Below, one piece after another: positions 24,081-36,574 of a stretch of 62,962 nucleotides of DNA. The DNA is from Nemertoderma westbladi. Its lineage: Eukaryota > Animalia > Xenacoelomorpha. The stretch lies in NCBI GenBank assembly GCA_032718475.1, contig JAUCBJ010005775.1, positions 1 through 62,962 of the forward strand, in the 5' to 3' direction. Both the position numbers and the translations under genes were made by a program. Within the stretch, counting starts at the first letter, position 1; each line of letters opens with the position of its first letter. Under the pieces are notes generated by a model. The model was not told the DNA's origin. It saw only the letters and a list, made by a program, of their open reading frames with translations, and made no database searches.

Positions 24081-24469
24081 TGAGATCTTGGTGGCGCTAT
24101 GGTGCTGGGTCCACCAGCACTAATTATGAAACAATTAGTTAATGAAACAATTAATTTTAAAACAATCTTCTGGTTCAGATTTAGGGAATTTAGCATTTTA
24201 CTCAAAATGAGAATTAAAATAAAAAAGAATCCAATACTCTAAGTTGGACTCACTGACTTGCCTATTGTTGTGTTTTCTATACCAAAATACGAAAATTACC
24301 TAACAAGGAGTAGGGGGGGGGGGGGGGGGGGGGGGGGGGAGAGAAGAAATAAACCTAATGGGAGGAATAATGCTACGTTGAGAGTGTAGTATATAACATC
24401 ATTAATTAATGGGCTTTGTTTTCTATAATAATATTATTATTCTGCTGGTTTTTATGTTTCTTAAGGTAA

Positions 24470-25939
24470 AGCCTGGTTCACAATCTTGTGTGTGTAGTTG
24501 TTACACACACACGTATGTAGCTACTACACAAAGCATTGTGTAGCTACACTTGTGTAGTTGTTTTTCTACACGAGGTGTTGTGTAGTAACTACACAAAGGC
24601 CTTGTGTATGTGTAATTTTGCAACTACACTACACAAGGGTTGAAGGATAGTTCTTTTTACAGAACACAGCAGAACACAGTAGAACACAGCAGAACACAAT
24701 AGAATAAAGGCGGAACATAGGCGAACACAGCTGTAATTAAAATCTACAGCAAAAAATAACACACTTGGGAAAATACCGGACTTAATCATACAACTGTAAG
24801 ATGTCAATTACATATTTAAATTAAATGGCGGTTTTCCATATCCTCCAAAATAAATTACCTGATCAGAGTTGCCCGATCAGCTGTTCGGTTAGGCCTGAAC
24901 CTGTTACTAGTCCAGCAGTCTGCCTGTCAGCCTGTTCCAATACTGCAGTAGGCCTAGTGCTGTAGAGACATGTACAGACTGACAGACTGTACATTGTACA
25001 GGCTGACAGATGTAGGCATTTACCGGCAATTACCGGGCACAGTGTAGAGTATATTACCAATGTACTGATATAGGCCTACTCAGCTACCGGTACTGTACTG
25101 CTGTAGAACTACCCAACTCTCCATGGTTACAGGATAGTGAGAAGTAATTTATTTTGGAGGATATGGAAAACCGCCATTTAATTTCAATATGTAATTGACA
25201 TCTTACAGTTGTATGATTAAATCCGGTACTTTCCCAAGTGTGTTATTTTTTGGTGTAGATTTTAATTACAGCTGTGTTCGCCTATGTTCCGCCTGTATTC
25301 TATTGTGTTCTGCTGTGTTCTACTGTGTTCTGCTGTGTTCTGTAAAAAGATATATCCAGGGTTGAAATAAATTCAACTTTTTGGGAACTACATAAGGCAT
25401 ATAAATATTGAGTGTCTATTTAGGTAAATAATCGTCAATTGATTTTATCATTACCGATTCGTGTATGGTATAGATAGATACACACATTTCTCTGATTTCT
25501 AGGCGTCAATTCACTTCTCAGATTTTCACCTAGCAACGATAGTAGGTGGTCGAACTGATCGGGTGACATCCTCATGTACCTGAAGTACATTTCTGGGTGT
25601 TTTATTCCCAATATGGGTAATAATTTATTAAATTCTGATAATTATTTTCGTTTCTGGTTAGCAGGCCGCACCCACCACCTTCTTTTCCTGTTCCCCATTA
25701 TTTTTTTGCTTCCATTACACATTTGGTAGCTGTAATTACCGCAACAAGATCATCATTATTTGCCATTTCTCGAATATAATTGTAGAATACACAAGACTAA
25801 ATACACAAAGTTGTGAACATTCACTACACAATACCTTATGTAGAATGTGTATTCTACTACACAAGTGTAGCTAGTAGATACACTTGTGTAGCTACATCTA
25901 CACATGTGTGTGTAGCTACACAAGATTGTGAACCAGGCT
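24470..25939. mobile_element. PIF/Harbinger-type MITE (host of a nested MULE)
   Basis: TIR AGCCTGGTTCACAATCTTGTGT / ACACAAGATTGTGAACCAGGCT. 3-bp TSD TAA at 24467-24469 and 25940-25942. Subterminal TGTAG/CTACA repeats. Confidence 0.88.
24645..25357. mobile_element. Mutator (MULE)-type foldback MITE nested in the Harbinger MITE
   Basis: ~210-bp TIRs (24645-~24858 and ~25144-25357). Perfect 9-bp TSD AGGGTTGAA at 24636-24644 and 25358-25366. Confidence 0.92.
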
Positions 25940-25944
25940 TAAGG

Positions 25945-26222
25945 ATGAGCTTTCAACTTTCAACATTCAACTATCAACTCTTTCCAAATAACTATGTCCT
26001 ATAAGCTATAACAGGTTTGCACATCACAATTATTATTCGGTTGAGAAATACAGTAGTTGTTACCTCTGATTGGCTGTCAATGCTACTAATGCTACAGATG
26101 CCAACTTTCAACATTAAATTAGGGTAGAACATCAAGTTGACTGTCTCCACAGGCTACAATGTGTTCAAACTTTTAGTTGAAAGTTGAATGTTGAAAGTAG
26201 AAAGATCATGTGTGACCCGCCC
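25945..26222. mobile_element. MITE with a truncated left end
   Basis: ATGAGCTTTCAACTTTCAACATTCAAC is mirrored by GTTGAATGTTGAAAGTAGAAAGATCAT. The right end is GTGTGACCCGCCC. Confidence 0.6.
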
Positions 26223-27064
26223 GCGGCCGGACCTTCCGTGATAACCGAGATGCTGATGATGCCCCAATATGGTAACAAAATCACGAATTAATAACATAAT
26301 AAAATACCTCATTATCATTACACTTATCAGTTAGTAACATTTACATTTATCGATTATATAAAAACAATGAAAAATGTAACAAGAACTATTGAAACAACAA
26401 TAATATAAAGTAAAATTAATGTAAACTTTATACTAGCAGATTAATTTCAAATTTATCAATTTAAATATCTTTTATTTTAATAATAATTATTTCATTAATA
26501 AAAAACCCAGATATGTTTTCAACAAATTGTTCTAACTATTATTACTTAGACACCGAAAATGGAATTTTCCCAAATTTTTTTCAATTTATCCACTTCGATT
26601 ACAAAATTAATTAAGACGCATTGGGAAACCTACCCAGCAAACAATTTAACGTTTTAATACTGTAGTGCATTAAAATTCGTTAATTTCTGAGAATGCCAAC
26701 GTTAATTATTAGAAAATACATATAAATAACGCTAGTTTGGCCGCTTTTTTTGCGATAAAAATTAACGTTAATTTTTAACGGTATTAGGCCTATCAATCCA
26801 TTTAGAATATTTTGTCTATATATGTTATCATAAATAAATTAATATATTTCCTAAAAGCACAACCAACTCGCACAAATCTTTGATATATATATATGAAATA
26901 TTGAATGAAAATGTTTTATATTTTATTAGTTTCCGGAAAATATTATTTGCAAAAAATTAGTTATTTCGAAAAAAATACGATTAAGAATATATTTATTTCG
27001 ACCACAAACTTCCACAGCAAAATAGAAATAATTCCGTTTTGGGATAAATCGTTTATAAACATAA

Positions 27065-27343
27065 TTAGATGGTCCGGTAGAAGGCGGTATAACTATTGAA
27101 GCCATCGTCATCCTCTCCACCATCTATAACATCGACAGGAGCGAGGTAATTGTCGTTCCTTTTATTTGATATTCCTCTTTTTTCTCCGAATAATAAATTT
27201 TCCAGAAACTGCTGCCGCACCATGTTGCCTCGACTGGAATCGTACGTCAACTCAAAATCCCTTTTATGGGTTGCTTCGCTGAAATTCATTGAAATCACTA
27301 CCATAATTACTATGGAGAGGAACATAATTCTAGAATAACTCAT
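27065..27343 (-). CDS. Putative neuropeptide/peptide-hormone precursor (92 aa), secretin/glucagon/PTH-class-like peptide
   Basis: Signal peptide MSYSRIMFLSIVIMVVISMNFSEA, then TH-KR-DFELTYDSSRGNMVRQQFLENLLFGE-KR-GISN-KR and an acidic tail (GGEDDDG). The ORF is a more GC-rich island in AT-rich DNA, with a minus-strand AATAAA ~70 nt past the stop. Confidence 0.75.
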   Translation of the reverse strand: MSYSRIMFLSIVIMVVISMNFSEATHKRDFELTYDSSRGNMVRQQFLENLLFGEKRGISNKRNDNYLAPVDVIDGGEDDDGFNSYTAFYRTI

Positions 27344-27478
27344 ATTGATAATGTTTATATGGATTCGTATTACAACAAGTATTAAATATACTCAGTATTA
27401 CAAGTAGGCCTATACACGCAGTATTAAAAAATTTGGTAATCAAATATATGAAAATATGAATTCTAATAATGATAAGTA

Positions 27479-27739
27479 CGTTGTGTCGCAGTGTCCGAGT
27501 GGATACGGCGCCTGAACTGCTTACACAATAGTGTTTGGTGGTGCAGGTTCGAATCCGACTAAAGGCTGTAGAAATTTCGCACTGTTGTGTCCCTAGGCAA
27601 GACACTTTAGACATTAGTGCCTACGCCAACCCAGCAGTATAATGGGAACCTGGCTTTGCTGGGGTAATGATAATAAAAGCGCTTTGAGTATGCAGAGCGT
27701 AGAAAAGCGCTATATAAATAACCAATATTATATTATATT
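27479..27739 (+). mobile_element. tRNA-derived SINE (family D) with a conserved central domain and L2/CR1-type tail
   Basis: A box GTGTCCGAGTGG and B box GGTTCGAATCC. Central GTGTCCCTAGGCAAGACACTTTA..ACCCAGCAGTATAATGGGAACC. Tail AAAGCGCTTTGAG..GAAAAGCGCTATATAAAT then TAT repeats. Possible TSD ATAAGTA (27472-27478 / 27740-27746). Confidence 0.85.
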
Positions 27740-28293
27740 ATAAGTAGGCCTACAGTATAACCCAGATATGAGCGAAAAATGGTGCTAAAAGAGCGAATAT
27801 TAAAAATTTACAAATAATTTTCTGCAAACTGTATACATTAAGAAGTAATTTTGAGAATTAAAATTTAATTAGTAATTAAAAATAAGTTCAAAATTAAATT
27901 GTCTCTCATATATGAAAAAGCACTAAACTTTTGAACAAACATTTTTTGCCTACCAGTGTGCTGGTATTGTATATTAAGAGGTTGAGGTATGAAACAAAAG
28001 TAAATAGGATATCGAGTTCTATGGAATCAACCTGAAACGGGCTTTCTCATAATGCTGTGTCCCATTAATACTGTAGTGGATGCTACTGGATTCTAACCCA
28101 ACACACGGTATAATACATAGTCTACATATAATTTTTCCCTAAGGAGTAATATTATATTTCCAATATTCTAACAAAATAACTATAAAATAATAACACAATT
28201 TCTAGGCCTACAGACTCTCTAATCCAAATAAACGAATAATCACATATAAACTGATCTACAAAGATCAATATTTCCTTTTACCTAAACTCTGAA

Positions 28294-28454
28294 GGCGGTG
28301 TAGCTCAGTTGGTTAAGCGTCGGGCTTACAATATATTGGTTGTAGGTTCGAGCCCCGCCAGGTTCCACTCAGCCTGTCGATAAAATAAGAACTATTTAAA
28401 AACCTACTAGGAGCAAATCTTGGGATAGGAGTAGCGTCCACTCCTTCCTTCGGT
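28294..28454 (+). mobile_element. Diverged, 3'-truncated copy of SINE family A
   Basis: GGCGGTGTAGCTCAGTTGG...GAGCAAATCTTGGGATAGGAGTAGCG matches 13555-13710, with an internal deletion. Confidence 0.85.
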
Positions 28455-28827
28455 TACTACTACTATACTACTACTACTACGATCGGCATGCTGCATTACA
28501 GCTGCATTATATATTTATTACATATATTAAAAATGCTGTGCCGGCTTTTCTACAAAATTTCACCGCCACAACTTCCTACCACACATGACATTTGCTAAAT
28601 CATCTGCATCTTCAAGGACAGCGTCTTTTAATATGCGTCTCAAAAATGTCATGGCTGTCCACCATGCTTATTCGCTCCATGAGGCCGCCAAAGCACAAGA
28701 TTATGCACTGGCTGGTCCTCACGGCGAAAGCAATGTCCTGCAAAGCGGAGGCGGTTCTGTTCATGTGTCAAGCTGGGGGAGACTAATTGAACACCTCCTC
28801 TGTTGTATAGAGTCTGATTGGCGATGT
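28455..28827 (-). mobile_element. RTE LINE 3' end with (TAG)n tail
   Basis: Reverse complement of ~12560-12908. The (CTA)n tract at 28455-28480 abuts the SINE A copy. Confidence 0.9.
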
Positions 28828-30649
28828 CGGTTAGCAGATATCAAAAGATGAGCGTTCGGCTTTTGGCCGCTTTACTGACTGAGTTTTAAACCTATTGGGG
28901 TGTTTAGACCATTAGCTTGGGGTGATGGGGTTGGCTATTTGACCCACCCAATATGTTTTTATAAATTTAGAGGTGAAATTTCTATTAGAAAATAAATATA
29001 CTACAATTAAATATACTACCCCTAGGAAAATGCCCTGAACTTGAAGTTAATAATTTTATGTTTGATATAAAAAAAACCGCAAACACTAGGCCTGCAATAC
29101 GTTTTTCCAACAAACCGCTAATATCCATCGCTACCACACAATATCTTCAACTTCGCAAAATTTATACATACCATATGCCACACTGCAGCACACACAAAAT
29201 CCACTCATGCACAGTGCACACCGGCCCCAAAATACCAGAAACTACCAAAACTACCCCCATCTTTAATAAACGCAGTATCTCGTAAATAATTCTCTCGAAC
29301 ACTGAAGTAACATTTCCTGTTCGCCCTACAGTAACAACAATTACACTCTCCCCTTCCGCCTAATTCCGCCATTTTCTTTTCACAGGGTAGATGGTAATTA
29401 AAACTAGATGGTTCCATTGAAATTTTCCCTTTTCTCTTTGTTCAAATTCAGTCGTGACAAGCAAACTGTAATAATCGCGGCCTGCTTCTCTCTTAGTTTA
29501 TGTTTATTTATTTATAAAGATTTTTTGCTTTGCTTACAAAACAAAGACCTGCATAATCTTGTAACATGTGTTAACTTTCGTTTATTGTTTTGGTTCCCCC
29601 AACGCACCTCTGTAACCTGCTCCTTTACAAACGCTCCTTTAAATGGCAATGAACCTAAACTTTTTTAGAAACTAACGCTCTTTGGGACCAAGCAATCTTT
29701 AGGACCTAAGGCCTAACGCAGTAAAGTCTTGGGTCTTTGCTCTTTGTTTTGTACTCACCCGCCCAATAAATTCAATTATTAAACACAGGCGAGGCAGTAG
29801 GATGAGCCACTACCGACCCCCCCCCCCCCCCCCCCCCGCATTAGTGAAATTACGGTAGGGTTCGCATTATATTTTAGTTCAAGGACCGGGATAGAAAAGG
29901 AAACAGGTGCTTGTTAACTCATATGTATTAACTCTACCTAATCAATATCTGATCGAAGTTAATAATGATGAATCAGTTTTTTCCCTAACCATCAATTAAA
30001 GCTTTCAACTCCCACATAAAACCCAATGACAAATCCATGCACTTCCTTCCCACGCAAACCCAAGCCACTCCTTTCGGAAGTCTCATGAAATGTCAATGGA
30101 TGTCCCAAGTGAACAATTGATAATAAAAGCCTTTGTTATGTGAAATACACTGAATGGAAATCCTAACCAATTATGTATTTTTATAATTACCTGTATACAA
30201 TAAGATTAGCATTAAAATTAGATTTATTATTATAGTACATTTATCTATCAAATTAGCCTTAGATTTATTATTTGAAATGCCAGGTAGAAGTTAAATAATA
30301 CTGCACTATGTTCATTATTACGACTCTCTCATCTTTGGCTAAGAGTATTAAATTTTAAAAATGGGTCAATAGGATGATGAATTAAAGAGCATACATCCTT
30401 CATGGAAGAAACCTATATTTTATAATAACATATGCTACCGCCGTAAAAATCACTAACGCTTCGGGCATCACCTAAGAATGTTACTTGTCTAGTTTCCTAA
30501 CAACTCACATTCTTTATTTAATTTGATTTAATTAGAGATAGAAACAATAAATCCTGTACTCCATGAACCCGCTTGTTTCCATGTGCACTGTACTGTATCA
30601 TTACTTCTCTAGCGGAACCCCTATTAATTGGCTTAACTATTTACTTTCG

Positions 30650-30957
30650 TAAAAGATAGACTTCGTAATACTCTACAAGAAACCAAAATTTCAGCTCTGG
30701 AAAATGAGGCGTTCCCGAGAAAATTAACATTTTATTAAAACACGTAATCTGTCGTAGCTGCGTTGTCAACTACATTTTCTAAACTTTGCCTTTACTACAG
30801 TACTTACCTATTAATAAGTTTGGTTAAATTTTAAACCAGCGTTGCCGAAAAATTCGTGTTCAAAAATTTCCTGGACGGACGAACGGACAGACATGGACTA
30901 TTTGCCCTATATGAAACTTACGTCAAAGGCTCGCCGGCTACATGTCTCGCCCCACTG
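30650..30957 (-). mobile_element. HINE-like element end related to 22384
   Basis: GGAC/AGAC microsatellite followed by GGCTCGCC..CTCGCCCCA, the reverse complement of the 22385 start. Confidence 0.5.
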
Positions 30958-31674
30958 CTCAGATATAATTAAATCATATGAGTACTGTTAGTAGTCTGGT
31001 CCCGCCCCATTAAAAAGCTTGGCTTCACAATGTCATTCACCTACCTCTGCAGTCAACTATATACTTCAACTAACTACTCGTATCAGCACATTATTAATGT
31101 TGGCCATCGGTTCCTTATACAACATGTATTATTAGAGCAGATTACTACAGTACAGTACAATAGTACCTGACACATGTGTAACTAAAATTCCTTCAGCTGG
31201 CCTGCCACCTAATATAGCACAGTGAGTAACCTAATAGATATTCCCATAGGATTCACTGGTTAGAGCTATCAGCTGACGTGGTAATAAATTTCAGACTCAC
31301 AGTTTATGTTTGCTTACTGTCTGCGAGAGCGTGACGGAGTAAAGCCAGCCTTACTAAAACATGGCAAGTAATATACTTCTCTGCAATTTGGGCCTTTCCA
31401 TTGAATATAATTACTAGGCCCTCACTGACAACTTTTTACGAGAAGCTGTTAATACATCAATCCCAGGGAGATGAAATCGTTCTTAATTTCTAAATAAAAA
31501 AAGTTGAGAAGTTTCTATTGAAACCGCGATTTTACAAGCACCCTTAGAAATCTATTTTATAGGCTCATGCAAAATTTTATCTAAATCGATTTTCTATAGG
31601 CTTCAATCAGTCTGTAGTCAGTCAGAATTACAGTAACGTACGACTTGCTAACTAAACTGATTAATCTTATAAAA

Positions 31675-31970
31675 CTTTCCCAAGTTCCAACCCATCTTCC
31701 CACAATCTCACCCATCTTTCCACATTCCCAAATTCCAATCCTCCCATATTTCCACATTCCCATCTTCACACCTACCCATAACTACATTCAAATCATCTTC
31801 CCACATTCCCAAATGTTCATCAACTCATCTTTCACCCACATTCCCAGCCAACCACCACCGCATCACCCACCTTCCCTTCCCACCCAACCACCACCGCATC
31901 ACCCACCTTCCCACCCAACCACCACCGTATCACCCACCTTCCCACCCAACCACCACCGCATCACCCACCC
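31675..31970. repeat. C-rich low-complexity tract and short ~28-bp minisatellite
   Basis: TTCCCACA-type repeats, then about 4 copies of CCCAACCACCACCGCATCACCCACCTTC. Confidence 0.8.
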
Positions 31971-32117
31971 TAATTTAAGATCTAAAGATTACTAAAGATC
32001 TAAATTTAAGATTTAAGATCTCTAATTTAAGATTTGATTTTTAATAATATTGCCTTGTTTATTGAATAATTCAATTTTCAAATATAAATTGTTATGTAAA
32101 CTACAAAAAAACAATTA

Positions 32118-32470
32118 CTCTGGAGTCCCGAATAGACGGGGTGGGTGGAAAAATTTCATTATGCTAATAGTCGGACTGGCTGGAATAAACGTGGTGGGTG
32201 GAAAATTTTGAAAAAATATAGTATAGTACAGGGTATAGGTATTGTAGTACCTACGGCTACTAGTGGTATACTCGGTACACTGTTTTTGTTTTCTTTCACT
32301 TTCAACTCTCAATTATTAAGAGAACAAACGTTTATTTACTCATGATAAAAAATGTACTAAATTTTTTAGAAAAAATTAATAGTAGGCCTATTATTTCATA
32401 ACAGAATTGTGGGTGGATTCTTTTTCAAAAATTAATTGACATGTCGCCTCGTCTATTCGGGAGTCCAGAG
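32118..32470. mobile_element. Tc1/mariner (pogo)-type MITE
   Basis: 21-bp TIR CTCTGGAGTCCCGAATAGACG / CGTCTATTCGGGAGTCCAGAG with 1 mismatch. TA on the left, TC on the right. Confidence 0.8.
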
Positions 32471-33169
32471 TCCTAGAAAACCCCAAACAAAAATTAGCGA
32501 TATCTAGAATGTTGATTATCGCCTAACATCACATACCGTTCGCGTACAGTACAAGTATAAGTACATGTAAGGCTACCTGTAACTCCTACTTACGTACATG
32601 TTAGGCTACCTGTACTGCACTTCGTAAAAGATATCAAATTTCTTTCTTTTTATACTAACATTATATATATATAATTTTACTCGCATCTCTCAACCAATGA
32701 TAAATTACTCCCTTATGTCCTTTGCTATTGGTTACTTTAAAAATACCTAACTTCTCAGCAACATTTGAATAATTATATTATTTTAATAGAGTACCGGTAC
32801 AGTTACGGTACGGTAAGTGATACATATTCCTTTCGGGAAATCTTATCTATTACGTATCAATGTAGATATTATCCGATGGTAATCTATTCTGAAGCATCCA
32901 TTAATTTAGAGTCTCTTTATTATTATTCATAGAATTACTGACATTTTGACACGTTTATCAAAGTGACAAATTGAGATGTAGAGTTCTAGAGTATATACTA
33001 TTACAACCTGCTTGCTTTCTTTAAATAATGAAATAATTGCACCACATCAGTCAATGTCTGTATGTGTAGACGTTCGATGAATACCCTATTAGGTTGTGTT
33101 CCACAGAGCTATAGAACACCTTCTTGGAGATTTCGTGCTGACTATTTGCCTAGCAGCAGTAAATAAAAA

Positions 33170-34216
33170 GGGTATAACTTTTCGCCGTATCCGTATCCGT
33201 ATTCGTATGCATTTGCCGTATCCGTATGCACATACGCGTATGTGCGTATGTAATGGATTCCTATGGAGAATAATCCGTATGTGATTTTAGAGATTAGGCA
33301 TTGCGGACCAGTAAGAAGTGCACAGCACGCATGCAGACTGAAGACAGGTAGGCCTACTTAAAGCTAAGTGATTTAAAGAGTGTGGCTGCCGCTACCTTAG
33401 GCCTACAGTATGTCAAATCAACAATGCAGGACAGGTCCAGGATGAGTGACAGCCGGTGACAGTCCGCCAGCCCCGGGATGCGCCAGCAGTGCAGTCTACT
33501 GTATTCCAGTTAACTCTTCTTGACGCCGCTTGGAAAACTAACCAACCGTGATTTATTTTTGAACTGTTTTTCCACCAACCTGGCTATAGAATGTTGTTGG
33601 TTGCTACAGTATATGGCACTAACATAGTATAGACAGATGGAAGCAACAATGAGAATGCTAAGGGAATAAACATTCGCACAGATATTGAAAACCGTCGTGT
33701 CAGTCTGTCCTTCTTTGTGAAAATATTAACATATAATATACCTTTACTTTCGCTGTTTCGGGGCCATTATATATAGTTAAAAAACCATATGCAGCCAAGT
33801 GCCTACAAGTCCAACCTAGTGCCAATTAGTCAAACCACGTGTCTGCGAGTGCAACCGGGTGCCAGTAATTAATCTAAGTCCAACCGGGCGGCCAGGTGTC
33901 AGTTAGTACAATAAAACAAGCGCTGTGGCGCATCCCGGGGCTGAAGGACATCTTCTGTCACTCATCCTGGACCTACAATGTTTATTTGCCATAAGGTAGC
34001 GGAAGCCGCACTCTTTAAATCATATCGCTTTTAAGTAGGCCTACCTGTCTTTAGTCTGCATGTGTGCTGTGCACTTCTTACTGGTCCGCAATGCCTAATC
34101 TTTAAAATCACATACGGATTATTATCCATAGGAATCCATTACATACGCACATACGCGTATGTGCATACGGATACGGCAAATGCATACGGATACGGATACG
34201 GCGAAAAGTTATACCC
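33170..34216. mobile_element. MULE-type foldback element with ~300-bp TIRs
   Basis: GGGTATAACTTTTCGCCGTATCCG... is mirrored through to ...CGGCGAAAAGTTATACCC. Flanks AAATAAAAA / AAATAAAAG form a 9-bp TSD with 1 mismatch. Confidence 0.9.
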
Positions 34217-34555
34217 AAATAAAAGTAGTGGAACAGGTTAAGAGTGTACCAACTTTCAGAGGAATCTAATGATTGGATCTATAATAATAAATAGCCCTAA
34301 TAGTTAATAAGTTTCTAATAGTTTCTAAGCCCTGGTTGCGGATGATAGAGGAACTATATAAGTATATGAGTCATTTATTATTCTATGATTCCTTTATTAA
34401 TATTATCGCTAAGCTATAATTATTATTCCATTTTTTGGTTTTGACCTACAATATTCTAATTGCTAAATGGAAAGCGAAAATTGTAAATTGTTTAACAAAG
34501 ATAGGATATTGAATTGAATTGAGATAGAAGATTTATTCGTTCACAAAACTCAAAT

Positions 34556-36574
34556 ACAGAGTGGAAGAGTACAGAGTGGTGAACAGGCATTCCTTTAGGA
34601 AACAGAGTGGAAGGGTTTACTGTGGAAGATCACCCATGGTGGGAGGTGAACAGGCATTCCTTTATGAAACAAAGTGGATGGGATTACTGACGAAGATCAC
34701 CCATGGTGGGAGGTGAACAGGCATTCCTTTATAAAACAAAGTGGATGGGATTACTGAGGAAGATCACCCATGGTGGTGAACAGGTATTCCTTTAGGAAAC
34801 AGAATGGAAGGGTTTACTGTGGAAGATCACCCATGGTGGGAGGTGAACAGGCATTCCTTTATAAAACAAAGTGGATGGGATTACTGTGTAAGATCACCCA
34901 TGGTGGCGAACAGGCATTCCTTTAGGAAACAGAATGGATGGGTTTACTGTGGAAGATCACCCATGGTGGGAGGTGAACAGGCATTCCTTTATGAAACAAA
35001 GTGGAAGGGATTACTGACGAAGATCACCCATGGTGGGAGGTGAACAGGCATTCCTTTATAAAACAAAGTGGGTGGGATTACTGAGGAAGATCACCCATGG
35101 TGGTGAACAGGTATTCCTTTAGGAAACAGAATGGAAGGGTTTACTGTGGAAGATCACCCATGGTGGGAGGTGAACAGGCATTCCTTTATGAAACAAAGTG
35201 GAAGGGATTACTGACGAAGATCACCCATGGTGGGAGGTGAACAGGCATTCCTTTACAAAACAAAGTGGGTGGGATTACTGAGGAAGATCACCCATGGTGG
35301 TGAACAGGTATTCCTTTAGGAAACAGAATGGAAGGGTTTACTGTGGAAGATCACCCATGGTGGGAGGTGAACAGGCATTCCTTTATGAAACAAAGTGGAT
35401 GGGATTACTGAGGAAGAACACCCATGGTGGCGAACAGGCATTCCTTTAGGAAACAGAATGGAAGGGTTTACTGTGGAAGATCACCCATGGTGGGAGGTGA
35501 ACAGGCATTCCTTTATGAAACACAGTGGAAGGGTTTACTGTGGAAGATCACCCATGGTGGGAGGTGAAAAGGCATTCCTTTAGGAAACAGAGTGGAAGGG
35601 TTTACTGTGGAAGATCACCCATGGTGGGAGGTGAACAGGCATTCCTTTATGAAACAAAGTGGATGGGATTACTGAGGAAGAACACCCATGGTGGCGAACA
35701 GGCATTCCTTTAGGAAACAGAGTGGAAGGGTTTACTGTGGAAGATCACCCATGGTGGGAGGTGAACAGGCATTCCTTTATGAAACAAAGTGGATGTGATT
35801 ACTGAGGAAGAACACCCATGGTGGCGAACAGGCATTCCTTTACGAAACAGAGTGGAAGGATTTACTGAGGAAGATCACCCATGGTGGTGAGCAAGCATTC
35901 CTTTGGGAAACAGAGTGGAAGGGTTTACTGTGGAAGATCACCCATGGTGGCGAACAGGCATTCCTTTAGGAAACAGGGTGGAAGGGTTTCATGTGGAAGA
36001 TAACCCATGGTGGTGAATAGGCATTCCTTTAGGAAACAGGGTGGAAGGGTTTCATGTGGAAGATAACCCATGGTGGTGAATAGGCATTCCTTTAGGAAAC
36101 AGGGTGGAAGGGTTTCATGTGGAAGATAACCCATGGTGGTGAATAGGCATTCCTTTAGGAAACAGGGTGGAAGGGTTTACTGTGTACGATCACCAATGGT
36201 GGCGAATAGGCATTCCTTTGCAAAACAGAGTGGAAGGGTTTATTGTGAAAGATCATTCATGGTGTTGAACAGGAATTCCTTTAGGAAACAGAGTGGAAGT
36301 ATTTACTGTGGAAGATCACCCACGGTGGTGCACAGGCATTCCTTGAGGAGACAAAGTGGAAGGGTTTACTATGGAAGATCACACATGGTGGTGAACAGGC
36401 ATTCCTTGGGGAAACAGAGTGGAAGCGTTTATTGTGGAAGATCACCCCTGGTGGTGAACAGGCATTCCTTGAGGAAACAAAGTGGAATGGTTTACTGTGG
36501 AAGATCACCCATGGTGTTGAACGTTGAACAGGCATTCCTTTAGGAAACAGAGTGGAAGCGTTTACTGTGGAAGA
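34556..36574. repeat. 63-bp satellite, array 2 (inverted; mixed 63/67-bp units, ~31 copies)
   Basis: Reverse complement of the array 1 unit. Many units carry a 4-nt GGAG insertion and CTGACGA/CTGAGGA variants, and the right end decays. Confidence 0.97.
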
